Below, piece after piece: positions 45,951-58,400 of a DNA stretch of 64,000 nucleotides; position 1 is the stretch's first letter, and the number at the start of each line of letters is the position of its first letter. Origin of the DNA: Sphaerodactylus townsendi (lineage: Eukaryota); assembly GCF_021028975.2 (NCBI RefSeq), contig NC_059432.1:68386001-68450000 (forward strand). Reading direction: 5' to 3'. The notes beneath the pieces were generated by a model. That model did not search any database. It was not told where the DNA came from and worked only from the letters and a program-made list of their open reading frames with translations. The translations under genes were made by a program, and so were the position numbers.

Positions 45951-46420
45951 TGTGTCCTGATATGATGCATTTGGATAATTTATTGAGATTTCATTGTTTT
46001 CAGATTTTTATATCTGCTGTGATTACATTTGTTTTCCCATTTTTCAAGTTATGACTATGTGAAACAAAAGAAGTGTGGTCTAGATTTGTTCATTTTCTAT
46101 GTGTTTACTATAAACAATGTACCTACAAAGTAGTACAATCTAAAAATGCCTCTAAGCCCTGTTCCTATTATTTTCCTGAAGTTTTCTAAGAGAAGGTTTG
46201 TGCTAAAGGGCCCACAGTCTTTGGCTCTGTTCTTGGTACATGCTGAATTCCTTAGAGCGCTGTTCACTTATACCAATGAATGAGAATATATGAATCTCAT
46301 GTTTACATTACTTGGATGGACTGAACATCTGAATTAATGTTCTTATATAAGTGTTTCATTTTGTAATTGTATATTTTTAAAAGTTACACTTCTTTCTATT
46401 TTTAAACAACTCCAGGTTTT

Positions 46421-46426
46421 AATAAA
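46421..46426 (+). terminator. Candidate ESPNL polyadenylation signal
   Basis: AATAAA after a U-rich stretch downstream of the LINE insertion. Confidence 0.35.
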
Positions 46427-47304
46427 AAATTATCTCAACAAAAAAAATTATTACAATGAAATGATTAGTAATACATAGTTGAAATCATTATACAAAATGC
46501 AGTTTTAGCTTAAAATTTTCCCCCAGAAACAAAAAAATGATATTCATTTGTCCCAAGGAATATAATAGAGCAATAGCTAAGAGGAGGAGCCTTTGATTCA
46601 AACATTACCTCTGCTATAAACTCACAGGGAACCAGAGGCACATATTGTCAGACTTTGCCACCATTTGCAGTAAGGGATAATAGTACCAGCATACCTTACT
46701 GTTGTAAGGATTATTTATTTATTACAACTATACCTCCTTTCTGCCACTGCACTCCACATGATTTTCATTCACACTAGCACCTAGAATATAATGTATACAA
46801 TACAAAAGTGCAAAAAAGGGATAGAAAAGGAAGAAGAAAATAGCTACACTCATGCACTAATTCTTACATAATCTATATAGCTGTTCTGTAATGATCAACT
46901 AGAATTAGGATTGCTCACTGCCTGAACAAAAAATGTCCCGTCTCTTTAACAGTAGCATAAGGCATGTTATTTACCAGTTGGTGTTGTTTATCTTCAGAAA
47001 TGAAAACATTCAGCTGTCCATTTCCACACACTAAGCGTCTATTAAAGGGACAGAACATTTTTCTCCAGGTCTGCTGGTAACCCTAATAACCAGTTCAAGA
47101 GAAAGTTCTGAAGGGGAGGAGCCAAATGGCAGATGGTGCCAAGCAGACTATGACAAGAAAATGTATGTTTTGAACATGATCTGAATGCTGAAAGTGCTAT
47201 TTAAATACTGTGTTATTTCATGTGTGGGTTTCTTAGAAACAAAATCTTTTTTTTTTTGGCAACATGAATCAAAATTTTGGTCAAAGTCATTCTTGGCTGG
47301 AATC

Positions 47305-47665
47305 AACTGACATATGAATTTTCCAGGCTGTATGGTAATGGTCTGGTAGTTTTAGCTCCTAAGGATTTGCCAGCATTGATAGCTGGCATCTTCATAGTTT
47401 CTCTCCATGGCAGTTTGGAGTGTTTTGTGTAGTTTAGTATGTAACTGCAAATGAACTCCACCTGGACACATGCAAATGCACCTAATCCCCCTCCCGCTTC
47501 AGAGGTGGATAAAACAAATACACAGCTACAAAAAGCACTCCACACTGTGTCACAGAGAGAAACACATCTTCTGAGACATGCTTCTGAAGATACCAGCCAT
47601 AGATGCGGGCAAAACCTTAGCAGCTAAAACTACCATGGCCATTCACCTGGAAAACTCAGAACAGC
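47305..47665. mobile_element. Penelope-like element fragment with inverted ends
   Basis: Inverted arms (about 47315-47395 versus 47583-47655) homologous to 56205-56325; degenerate hammerhead CTGAAGA...AAAAC. Confidence 0.7.
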
Positions 47666-48334
47666 TAATGAATCATATTTGCTCTTCAGCCTTAAGATTC
47701 TCTATTCTAAGTGCCAAGAAAACCTCAAGCCTGCCATTTCCTAGTGAGAGAAAGGCAAAATGTTAGGAACACTTAAAAAAAAGAAGACTGCTCTTTAAAA
47801 AAAAAAAAAAGACTACAGCTAGAACATTTTAAAGACATATTTGCTAAAGTAGGAGCACTGCAGGAAAATGCTGCTTCAATGGTACATGGTATAATTCAGG
47901 AGAGCATTTTCAAGCATCGCTTTGAAAGATGAAGGGGTAGCCCTCAGACCAAAAGCCTGGGACCCTAGTGCTTTCAGGGACCTGGGACAGAAACACTTTC
48001 CTTGACCTAGGTCTAGGAGGACTGGATACGTCACATCTCACTTGGGCACTAAAAGAGGCTTGGCAAGGAGAAGCATGAATCATACCCATGTGGAGAGCCA
48101 GGGTGGTCTCACCTGTAAGATCAAGGATGATCAAAACAGAAGAGGCCTAACTCTTCTGTATCCCACCAATTGCTTGCACTGCAGGGGGTTTGGCCTGTGT
48201 GTACTGCAGGGGTTTGCCTGTGTGCACTGCAGATCCCTCTTGAGCAATGAAAATAAAGCTGGTTCATTGATTATCCCTGCTTCTGGTGTCAACTCTCCTT
48301 ATTCCATGGACAATATCCTACAGGTGAAAACAAG

Positions 48335-48552
48335 GTGGCTTACAAGCTCCTTTCCCTTCCTCTCCCCACAACAGACACCTTGTGAGGTAGGTGGGGCTGA
48401 GAGAGTTGCGAAGAACTGCGACAAGCTCAAGGTCACCCAGCAGGAATGTAGGAGTGCGGAAACACATCTGGTTCACCAGATAAGCCTCCATCACTCAGGT
48501 TCCCCAGATTAGAATCCACCTGCTCTTAACCACTACGCCAAGCTGGCTCTCA
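48335..48552 (-). mobile_element. Squam3-type SINE
   Basis: tRNA-like head TGGCGTAGTGGTTAAGAGCAGG on minus; body matches the 31.2 kb copy. Confidence 0.8.
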
Positions 48553-48779
48553 TATAACCCATGATTAACCTATTGAGATAAAATGTTTAAACCAGCAAAA
48601 TAAAGAAAAGAAATTTCTATTGGAGAGCAAATCTGATTTACAAATCAGTGGATGGCCTTCAAATTAGTTCACCCTCTAGTCTCTTGACCTAATTTGAAGA
48701 CTCTGATCAGCGATCTCCCCTTCCACTGGGCACAATCTTCCCAGGCTGTCTTTTTCTCTTCTCCTTGGTGTATTGCTTT

Positions 48780-49003
48780 AAGAGCAGGTGGCCTGGAGAG
48801 AATAACTGTCAAATAAATTTCCCAGCACTTCCCCACAGTCACTGCAAGCTCCAGTCTAAATATACACACATTAGTCGTCTTTACTGTACAGCTGCCAAAT
48901 AACATCCCTTTCAGAGTAACTCTCTCCTCTCAGGTCAAGGCAAATTGCTCCCCATGCATTGTTCCTGATCAAACTGGCTGATTGGATGTAAGAAATCACT
49001 GAG
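48780..49003 (+). promoter_or_regulatory. KLHL30: Probable KLHL30 promoter and non-coding exon 1
   Basis: E-boxes CAGGTG (48785) and CAGCTG (48889); MEF2/TATA-like CTAAATATAC (48856); strong donor GAG|GTAAGA at 49003; matching acceptor before 50577. Confidence 0.5.
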
Positions 49004-50656
49004 GTAAGAGATGAGATTTGGTTGGTTGTAATTTCTGACAGGACTCAGCAGGGGCTGAAAGAAAACAATCAAATTGGAATTGTGGGTTGGGGACTGTCAA
49101 GTTTGGGAGAATATACAGGCACAAGGAGGAGTGACAATTGATGAGTCCTTGGTTGTGAGACAACTCAGTTGCAGATGTCTCCAGAAAAAAAGTACAAGGA
49201 AGATTTATGAATATAGCAGAGGTTACTGCTGGGAAAATTTCCTGGACATATTTCCTGAAACAAAGGAGTGAATGTACTAAATGTGAAAAGGAGTGAACTA
49301 ACTAAAATGAGGAAAGAACCACTAGCATTGTCATTGAGGGTTTTTTTTAAATACTGGCAGTGTTCAACTGATCAGTATAACACTGGTGTCTACAAACCCA
49401 TTTCAAATCAGACATCATAGAGCATGGAGGGGCAGAGAAGGGAAAACAAGAGTCTCCGTCGGTTTTTCATGCTTATATTTTACAAACAACACTTGTGAAA
49501 GAGAGGGAGCACTATGACTAACCATGCTGTTTTATTCTCACATATGACAGGCTGTCTGTATTTCATAATTCTACGTAAGCAAGAGAAAGTACAGTGTTTA
49601 GTATTAAGTGCAGAATTTTGTATACTCCTGAGAAATCCTGCTTTCATTTTTTGAAACAACATTATGAAACTGAACTTGAAAGTGGGATCTTCTGCTACTC
49701 CAAGGGGATATGCACTGAGTTATATCTGAGATTCTAAAAACCTCAAAGAAAAGTTTTGTTTCAGAGCTGGGGATGTTGGCAGATCCTGCCTTGTTGATTC
49801 CAGAAGATTCATTTATTGGTAATGAGCATATCTGGAAACTCATAACAGTTAAAACCTGTTATACTCATGTCTTGAAAGTTACAGCTAACATTAGAGATTT
49901 AAGTGTCAGGATCATAGCTGCTTTATGTACAAACTAAGCAAGATGCACTTTAGGTTTCTTGTTGTAAAGTGCCTCTAAATATATATATAAAAAAACCGAC
50001 TCCCCAAATGGTTACATAACCAAACATTTTGGTAATCTATGGTGTTGCTTAAATTTGACATAATTTAGAGCCTCTGCCATTTAGAGGTTTTTTAATGCAA
50101 CAAAGGACAATGATTTTGCAGTGTTTCTCTGTTTAAAAATGGAATAACAAATCTGAAAAGGGGGAAGGGGACAGGTGTGTGTAGGAGTGGGAAGGGCTGT
50201 TGGTGGGTGAAAGGGAGATATCCAGAGCAAAGCTGTGCTCACTGGCAAATCTCCCCCACTCTGGCGGCAAGGAAAATTGAAGTCAAGCTTAAAGTGATAT
50301 CTCTTGGCATGGGGAGAATGAAAATTGAAAGCAGGGCTCAGGGAAATACATCCTCAGTGGACATTCACTCCGGCTGTGCAGCAGACATCTTGTGCATAAT
50401 GGGCCAGTATGTCTTAAACCAGTCCTGGTCAGGATTCATGAGACACACTTATTTGAAGGATTCTCTATAATATCATTAAAGACTGACTTCATTTTCAATC
50501 TCCAAACTGAGACAAGAGATTTGTTATTCCGCCTAAAGCACAAGATCTCTCCCCTTCTCTTCTGCTTTCTGACTAGGATTGGGAAGAGGTTTCTCATTCT
50601 AAGGTGTCCAAGATCATTTCTTACAACAGGAGTGGAGTTTTCTAGAAAACAACACC

Positions 50657-51430
50657 ATGGTGAGGAACATTGATGACTTCGATTTTAGTCTTCCATCCCA
50701 TCCTCAATCTATTCTGGAAGGATTACAGGCCCTGCGCTCCAATCCCAAACTTTCAGATGTCACCTTAATAGTTGGGAAGCATGAATTTTCCTGCCACCGC
50801 AGCATCCTGGCCCTCTGCAGTCATTACTTCAAGGCTATGTTTGCTGGTGACTTTCTGGAAAGTTTCTCTGCTCGCGTAGAGATAAAAGAAGTGGATCCGG
50901 TTGTTATGGAGTCTTTGATTGACTTTGCTTACACAGGAAAGGTAACCATAAACCAGGGGAATGTAGAGGCCTTAATTCGGGCATCCAACCAACTTCACTT
51001 TCCCACTATCCAGAAAGTCTGCAGCCGGTACCTGAGACAGCAGATGGATGCAACCAACTGCTTGGGCATTTGTGAGTTCGGGGAAATACATGGCTGCCCA
51101 GAAGTGTCATCAAAGGCTTGGTCATTTCTGCAGGAGAATTTTGAGCTTGTGTCTCAGCAGGAGGAGTTCCTTCAATTGTCCAAGGAGAGGCTGATTACCT
51201 ATCTATCTAACAACCTACTACAAATGCAGGAAGAGCAGAGCCTAGTTGAGGCTGTGCTTCGATGGGTGAGGTCTGAAAAATCTGCCAGAGCCATGTACCT
51301 TCCAGAGCTTCTTGACCTGGTACACCTCGTCACATTGCCAGATCAGTATCTGCAGAACCTCTTGGCATCAGAACCATTGATTCAGGAATCGGATACTTGC
51401 AAGACCATTATCACCAAACATCGCAGCACG
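50657..51430 (+). CDS. KLHL30: KLHL30 coding exon 1 (BTB + BACK)
   Basis: CACCATGG Kozak; [23 protein letters not shown]; NCLGI; donor ACG|GTCAGT; 774 nt. Confidence 0.95.
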
Positions 51431-52380
51431 GTCAGTACTAAGAGTAACCTCCTCTTGATCTCCCTTCCATCTCAAGGCTATAAAAGTGACTATATGGTTC
51501 AGTGATATTTGGTCATTGACCGTAAATAAAGTATACTATTCTATATGGTTCAGTGATTATTGTAATTCTTCTTCCCATTCTTTCACAAATATCTATGGTT
51601 TGAGACAGTAATGGTAAACGAAAATATTCTAGATAAGCAGGTTTTGGCATGCTTGGCTATTAGCCTGAACTGAGAAGCCCCTGAATCTGTGTTGGCAAGT
51701 AAGTGGCATGCCCGTTTTGAGTCCAAGGTAAGTGTTTTTAAATTAATCAGCTCATCTTTACCTTCCATACATTTGCAAGCTCAGGGATGCACCCTTCTTC
51801 CCGTATCTAAGTGGCCTGTTTTGGCTCCTCTACTGAGGAGCCGAGTCGGCGCTAGGGAGGAGGGGGTGTGGGAGGCGATTTTGCACCCCCCACATGACAG
51901 GATGGCATGTGCCTGGGGATGCGTGACCTCACATGTCCCTGTGGGTGCTCCACCCCTGACTGGAAATGAAACATTTTAGGAACCAAAGGGAGTAAAAACA
52001 ACATGGAGCTCCATGAGGAAACCTTTTTCCTGCCTCAAAACGTTTTAAAATGTTTGTGCAGAAAAGGTCATAGTTAGACTAAATGTGATGCTCAGCCAAC
52101 TATTGCTTTTGTGCCTACATAGCTATGAAGAGATGACCCTTAAGAATTACAGCACAAGGTTTTGAAGCCTCATAGCATCAAATCTGCAGATTGTTAAAAA
52201 AAAATAGGAATGACAACAAAATGGCAGCCAGGAATCATTTCAACAGGATGAGTGCAGACAAATGGTTTTTTGAAAATGTTTTCAAGAGCTTGTGCAGAAA
52301 GGTCCTATAAAAATGGAGGTAGAAAGAACAAGGTAGCTCCTAGGCGGAAGGGAAGGATAAAAATGTGTGTTTGTTTGTTT

Positions 52381-52429
<49 letters not shown>

Positions 52430-55400
52430 CAGCTGACCGAGCTATGGCTCTAAAGTAGTTTAGAGTAGAATAGTTTAGACTCCTTGCCTTCTTATATACC
52501 CTGCAGGAACATGTGGAAATTATATGTTACTGAATTGTATCACAGAAGATCAATATACTGTACATAAACTGGTAAAGATTGAGGCAGATGAGGAGGACTA
52601 GCCAATATGTTTTATCTTGGTGACATTGTTCATTCCTCTTTTCTAAGGTGGAGAACCGGCCATTTGTCCAGCAGAGGCTACAGGCTCTTCCACAAAAGCT
52701 TGAGGAGGTGCTGGTAGTGGTGGGAGGCAGAGCCCTGGAAGAGGATGAAGAAGAAGATGGAGAGGCACAAGCACAACCAACATCCAGGAACTTTGCCTTT
52801 TATAACACAAAGACAAGTAAGTGCCTGACCCAAACAATGCCAACATTCCATCTAAACTTAGAACACAATTAATTTAAGGAAAACAAGTAGGATTCGTGAG
52901 GCACCTTCAAAAACTAACTGGTTTTTATTCCAGTATCAGATTCACAAGATACACCCTAGTCGTTAAATGCTTATCAATAAAATTGTCTAGAAGTTGCTTG
53001 CTTGTTTTGAAACTGACTGACACACAGGGATGGTTTGCCACCCAAGCAGTCACTTTGGGCACCTGATTAGTTGTGGGGCATAATGGGGGAAGAAAATGAA
53101 TAGGTGTGGCTTGGGCCTGTCATTGTCTTCTAGCCTGCTTGCCCCTCATGGGCTGCAGAAAGATCTTGTGCCAGGCTGGCGCAGGGTGAGGGAGCAAACA
53201 CAAGTGCTGCCTGAGTTGGTGGATCACACCGGAGCAGGCATGCCCCCTCATGCTAACGTAGGATTTCCATTTACCACCTTGTGGGAGGTAAATTCCTGCT
53301 ATTAGCTCTTACCTCCTGATTTGGAGAGATTGGGGAGTGGGAGAAAAAATGGCTGTTGTGAAAGCAATGTTATATCAATGTTTTCTTTACCTCTTGGAGC
53401 CAGGTGGTCACAACAGAAGCATGGTGGAGATATACCAGCAGCCATGCATGTCCACCTCTTGGGATGACAAAACAATTTAAGTCAGCATTGCTGACATAGG
53501 CCGTTTCCTCACTTTAAAAAAAAAGCAGAGGCAAAACGGTTATGTAAGCTTCAGGGGTTTTTGAGCGCGCAGTCAAGCTCCCCACTGCAGGTAGTCACAC
53601 GGGGTTTCCCAAAAGGCACTGTTCCAAATAGGAACAGAAATGGCCAGCAGCTGAGGGGTCAGAGGCCCCGGTAGAATCGAGAGGCGGCTGCGTTGCATGG
53701 CCCGCTCCGGTGATGGGGAGATGCTGCTGGAACCCGGCGTTACTTGGCCCGAGTAGCTTACTTGCAACAAAAGGTGAGTGAGTGAAGCTTGACCACATAG
53801 CTGTCTGAGCATTAATTTAGCAAGTAATGAGGATCAGAATGTTATCACTATAGTGGAATGACCAGTGTACTCTTGTAGCATTTTAGATAAGAGGAATAAA
53901 ATCCACAGCAAAGTCTCAAACAATTTAGCTTGTTCTGTTCCCCAAGCAAAACTGTTTCTGGTGCTCTCTGCTGCTGCTGCCCTAACTCCTTGGGCACCTG
54001 TATTGAACTGAACTGAGTTAAACAGGGGCATTGCTGGGAGATAACAGAAAGACTGCCTCTTGGGAAACTTCTTAAAGGGACAGGGGCTAACTAAAATTCC
54101 CTCCCTTTGGAGACTATACAGAGGACTAAACCCATGCTAACTATGGAAATTGATACTTAATAATGAAAATAATAAAGGCTTCTGTGGGAACATGACATCG
54201 CCTATGCAGGGAAGATACTTACCTCCTTACTATTGATAACATTCTGTAATGTATTTGAAAGATACATTATCTAGTATGTTAGTATCCTGACAACACGCAT
54301 TTCCATTTGCTAAGCTCCCCAGGTTCATAATTGTCTGTCTTCTGATGTGCAGTAAACCCAAGCATCAAAACCAACAAGCTTTTCCCAATGTGACCTGAAA
54401 TCACTGATTGCTTGTATATAAAATTACGAGGCTGGAAACATCCCAGTTTGTTGATCAAATACAGGGGCAAATCAGGTGATTGGACGGATTGACTAGTTTT
54501 ATTATTTTTGCTTTTTTTAGTATTGGTATTGACATATCGATCTATCGATATGGTTATTTAAATTGTTTTTTAATCTAAAGATATGCAGGAGAAGGGAGGC
54601 CACAGGCAATAGAAGTTATACAGCAGGACGAAAAGCATGAAGTAGTCGGTCTACAGGGGGAGGGGGAAGTGTGCAAAGCTGTGTGAGGGAGTGGGGGGAG
54701 GTAAGACTAGACAGGCTGGCTGTGCAGGGAGGGAAGAGGTCTGAGGCAAAAGTTGTGCCCACTGGCAAATCTGACCCACTCTGGCAGTGAAGTAAAATTA
54801 AAATTGTGCTACAAGTAGATTTGCTTTCTGCGAAGAGAATGGAAAGTAGAAGCGTGGCTAGAAGAAATACGTCTGTCCAAGAAATTTTGCCTCAGCAAAC
54901 ATTTGCCTCCACCACACTGCTAACACCTTGTCCATAATCAGCCATAATTACATTAAAATCATGACCTAAAAAATTACTTTCCTCCCTCTATTTTATTTGT
55001 AACATTCAGCTTGAGGAAGAGTTCTAGTGAACTCAAAAGCTTGCACACTGTTATGTGTCATTGGTTTGGTCCTAGTAAAATTTATTACATTCTCAAGACA
55101 GGATTCCATGAAGAATACAGTGCTTACTGGTTTTAATTAGCTGATGGCCTCTTATGCTTACTTTTCTCATTTCAGAAGAATGGATTGCTCTTCCTGATTT
55201 TCCAGACTATAATAAATGGGGCTTTTCTATGATTGCACTAAATAACAATGTTTATGTCACAGGTAAGTTTTGAACCTAGGTCTCCCATGCTTTGGTATTT
55301 TGGTGGATCTATTTGTTTCCCCACATTTCATATATTAAAAAAGAGAAAATAAATTATGGTGCTTGGAGTATAGTCAGACAATAAGTGGTAAATTTAACCA

Positions 55401-58400
55401 AATTGTATAGTATCATACATATTATCCAAGCTTTATTATTCAAGTCTCCAGATGTATTTGTCTTGGTTCTGAGTGGTTTCTTTGAGGCTATGGTCATGTG
55501 GCTAAGGCACAGCAAATTGCAGCTGAATCCAAACAGGACAAAGTAGTATACGTTGTGAAGGCTGATATTCTATCTACAGGGACTGAATCTACTGGTCCCA
55601 GATGGAGTGACATTGGCTTTTTCAAAACAGGTTAAGAGGCTGGGGGTGCTCACAGACCTTGTGTTGCTGTTTGAAAAGCAGGTTGGCATGAAGGCCAAGA
55701 GCTCTTTTTGCATCTGATTTGCCGACTGTCTCACCACGGAGATTCAGCTGATCTGACCATGCTGATAATCCTCACAGTTGTATTCCTGCAAATCACTCCA
55801 AGTGGGACTGCCTATGAAACTCAGGAACTGAAGCTGATCCAAAATGCAGCAGCCCAGGACCTAACTACAGGGGAGATATCTTGCCCATTTTGAAACAGCT
55901 ACATTGGCTGCCAGTCTGTTTCAGTTCAAGGAGCTGGTTCTGACCATTAAGGCCCTTTGTGACCTGGGACCCACATATCTGAAGGACCAAATCCTTCCAC
56001 GTGTCCCTTGACCACCTATGATCATCAAGCAGCCATATATTGGTAATGATACCATTTGAGGTTGCCCGTGTGGCATTGACCAGAATCTGTCTTACATTGT
56101 GGATCCAGCTCCATAGAATGGGCTCCCTTAACGGGGGGTGGGAAGTGAGATTTGGGGTTTGCTATTTTATTTTTGGCTTTAGCAGAAAATGTTTTAAACT
56201 ATTATTGTTGTTTGGGTGCTGTGTGGTTTCCGGGCTGTATGGCCGTGTTCTAGCAGCATTCTCTCCTGACGTTTCGCCTGCGTCTGTGGCTGGCATCTTC
56301 AGAGGATCCTCTGAAGATGCCAGCCTAGGCACAGCCAGAAAAATTCTGGCTATTCCCTAACCTAGCATCTATAGCCTGTACAACCTATCCAAACGATGAA
56401 TATAGCCTTGACAAATATATTATAGTTGTTGTTTTGAACCGCAAGGAAAGGAGGGGTATAAATCTTTTAATTAAAAATAAATAATACATATTTTGACTTA
56501 TAATTTTGCAAATGCTGAAAGTTTGAAAAAAGCTGGGAACCCCTAACAGAAATAATGGTGAGTAAACTTGAGTTGTGTGTTTTAACTTGGTATAAAGAAA
56601 CAGCAAATAGCCCTCTATTTGTGATGGATATTTCTCCTTTCAGGTGGCTCCAGAGGTTCACAGAATGACACGTGGTCCACAACCCAGTCGTGGTGCTTCT
56701 GCTTCAGGAAAGGTGCCTGGAAGCCTATTGCTCCAATGCTAAAGCCTCGAACAAACCATGCTACGGCTGTTCTTAATGGAGAGATCTATGCCATTGGTGG
56801 TAAGGAATGGGATCTGTCAGCCTCACTCTTCAGGCATGCGATCAGCAGCATGAGTGAGCATTTACCTGGCATGTATAAAAATTGTACGACCTCAATTTTC
56901 CAGAAATTGCTTTTGCATAGATCAGAGGTGGTGGAAGCCAGGAAGTACCTGGAGATATGTGGGCCATCCCCGAGGAAAGGCAGAAAACATGAATAAATGG
57001 AGATGGGTGAATAAATGGATGAATAAATGGAGATGGCTGATGATGAATTAAACAGTTTCTGGTTGAACAGGCAGGTGCTATGGATCCAGTGCAACCCCAC
57101 CTCCAGCCTAGGGATGTGGGAAAGATATGTGACGGGGCACCTGAGGAGTAAACTGCTACAGTGCAACACTCACAGTAAAATCTTTAGAACTTTACCTACT
57201 TCAGAGTCCATTGAAGTCAGTGGGCTCAGAAGGATCTACCTGCACAGAATTATACTGCCAGCGTGCATCCTTTCATAATTTTTTAATGATTGGAGCTCCC
57301 AAAAATTATCCTATTTGAGCACGAGATGAATAATGCTAATCTTTCACATTGAAATAGTATCATGTGAAACTATTGAATCATTGGAGCTCCTAGTTTTTGC
57401 CTGTGAAGAAGAGCCGAAAAACAAAGGCCCTTTGAAAGACACACTGGGATAGATGTTTCTGAAAAGCAGCCCATTCCCCTCCTGCCCCCGCTTCCCTACA
57501 GCGCTGTAGTGCTTTCACTTGTCTTTTCTGTAATCTTTACCAAGCCTGATCTGCTGTGATGTTTAGGGGAAAGGTTGCAACAGAGCTCCAATGGCCATCA
57601 TATGGGCTTTTCCTGGTCCAGCCAACATCAGCACCATTTTTTCTGCCTCATACCCAATAGAGGCCACCCCCCACCCCTGCCGAGAGGAAGCTTTTTTGAG
57701 GATTTTTTAAAGATAGGTAATTGACATATTGATAGTGTGGAATAATGGATCCACAAAATGAAGTTGGGGACAGATAGGGCAGTTTCTGTACAAACCTAAT
57801 AGAAGACCCAAGTTTCTGTACAAACCTAATAGAAGTTCCAATCTTAAGAAAATACGTTGGGGATTAAAACACCCTGAAATAGTAGGGGGAAAGTCTGTAG
57901 CTTTAAGAATTGAATGTCCGCTGAGCTCTAGGTTGCAATTTTGGAGGTTGCTAGGCAACTGTAACAATTTTGCTGAACTTTGCAGACCTTGTGTTCTGTG
58001 AAGAAATGCCACAGGGGGACAGTGGGAGTGGACTTGGAGGCTAAATCAGTTCTGCAAAAGGCTCCCTACCCTATCATGTCCCCTGGTGGAGGAAGACTCA
58101 CCAGGGCAGGTGTGGTGGCTACCCACAGCACTTGGCTTGACCCAGCAGCTACTGTGCAACAGGGTCTATGCAGGGTTGCTAGCAAAGCACTGGCAACCAG
58201 AGGGAGTGTGGGGGAGGGGGGCAGGGTCTTGGGAAGCAATACTGCAATGTCACTTCCAGTTGTATACCTAAAACAACTGAAATCTGGGGAATTCCTAGTG
58301 TTGTGACATCATTTGCAGTACATCGGGTGCAACATTGCTTCTCCTTCACATTTTTGCTCCCACTAGAGCTTAGAGCTTGGAGTCTGGGGGCAAGAGATTG

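Noticed and set aside
51431-51505. Extension of the KLHL30 ORF to 51505
   Set aside because: Read-through into the intron past the donor at 51430; the protein continues at 52648.
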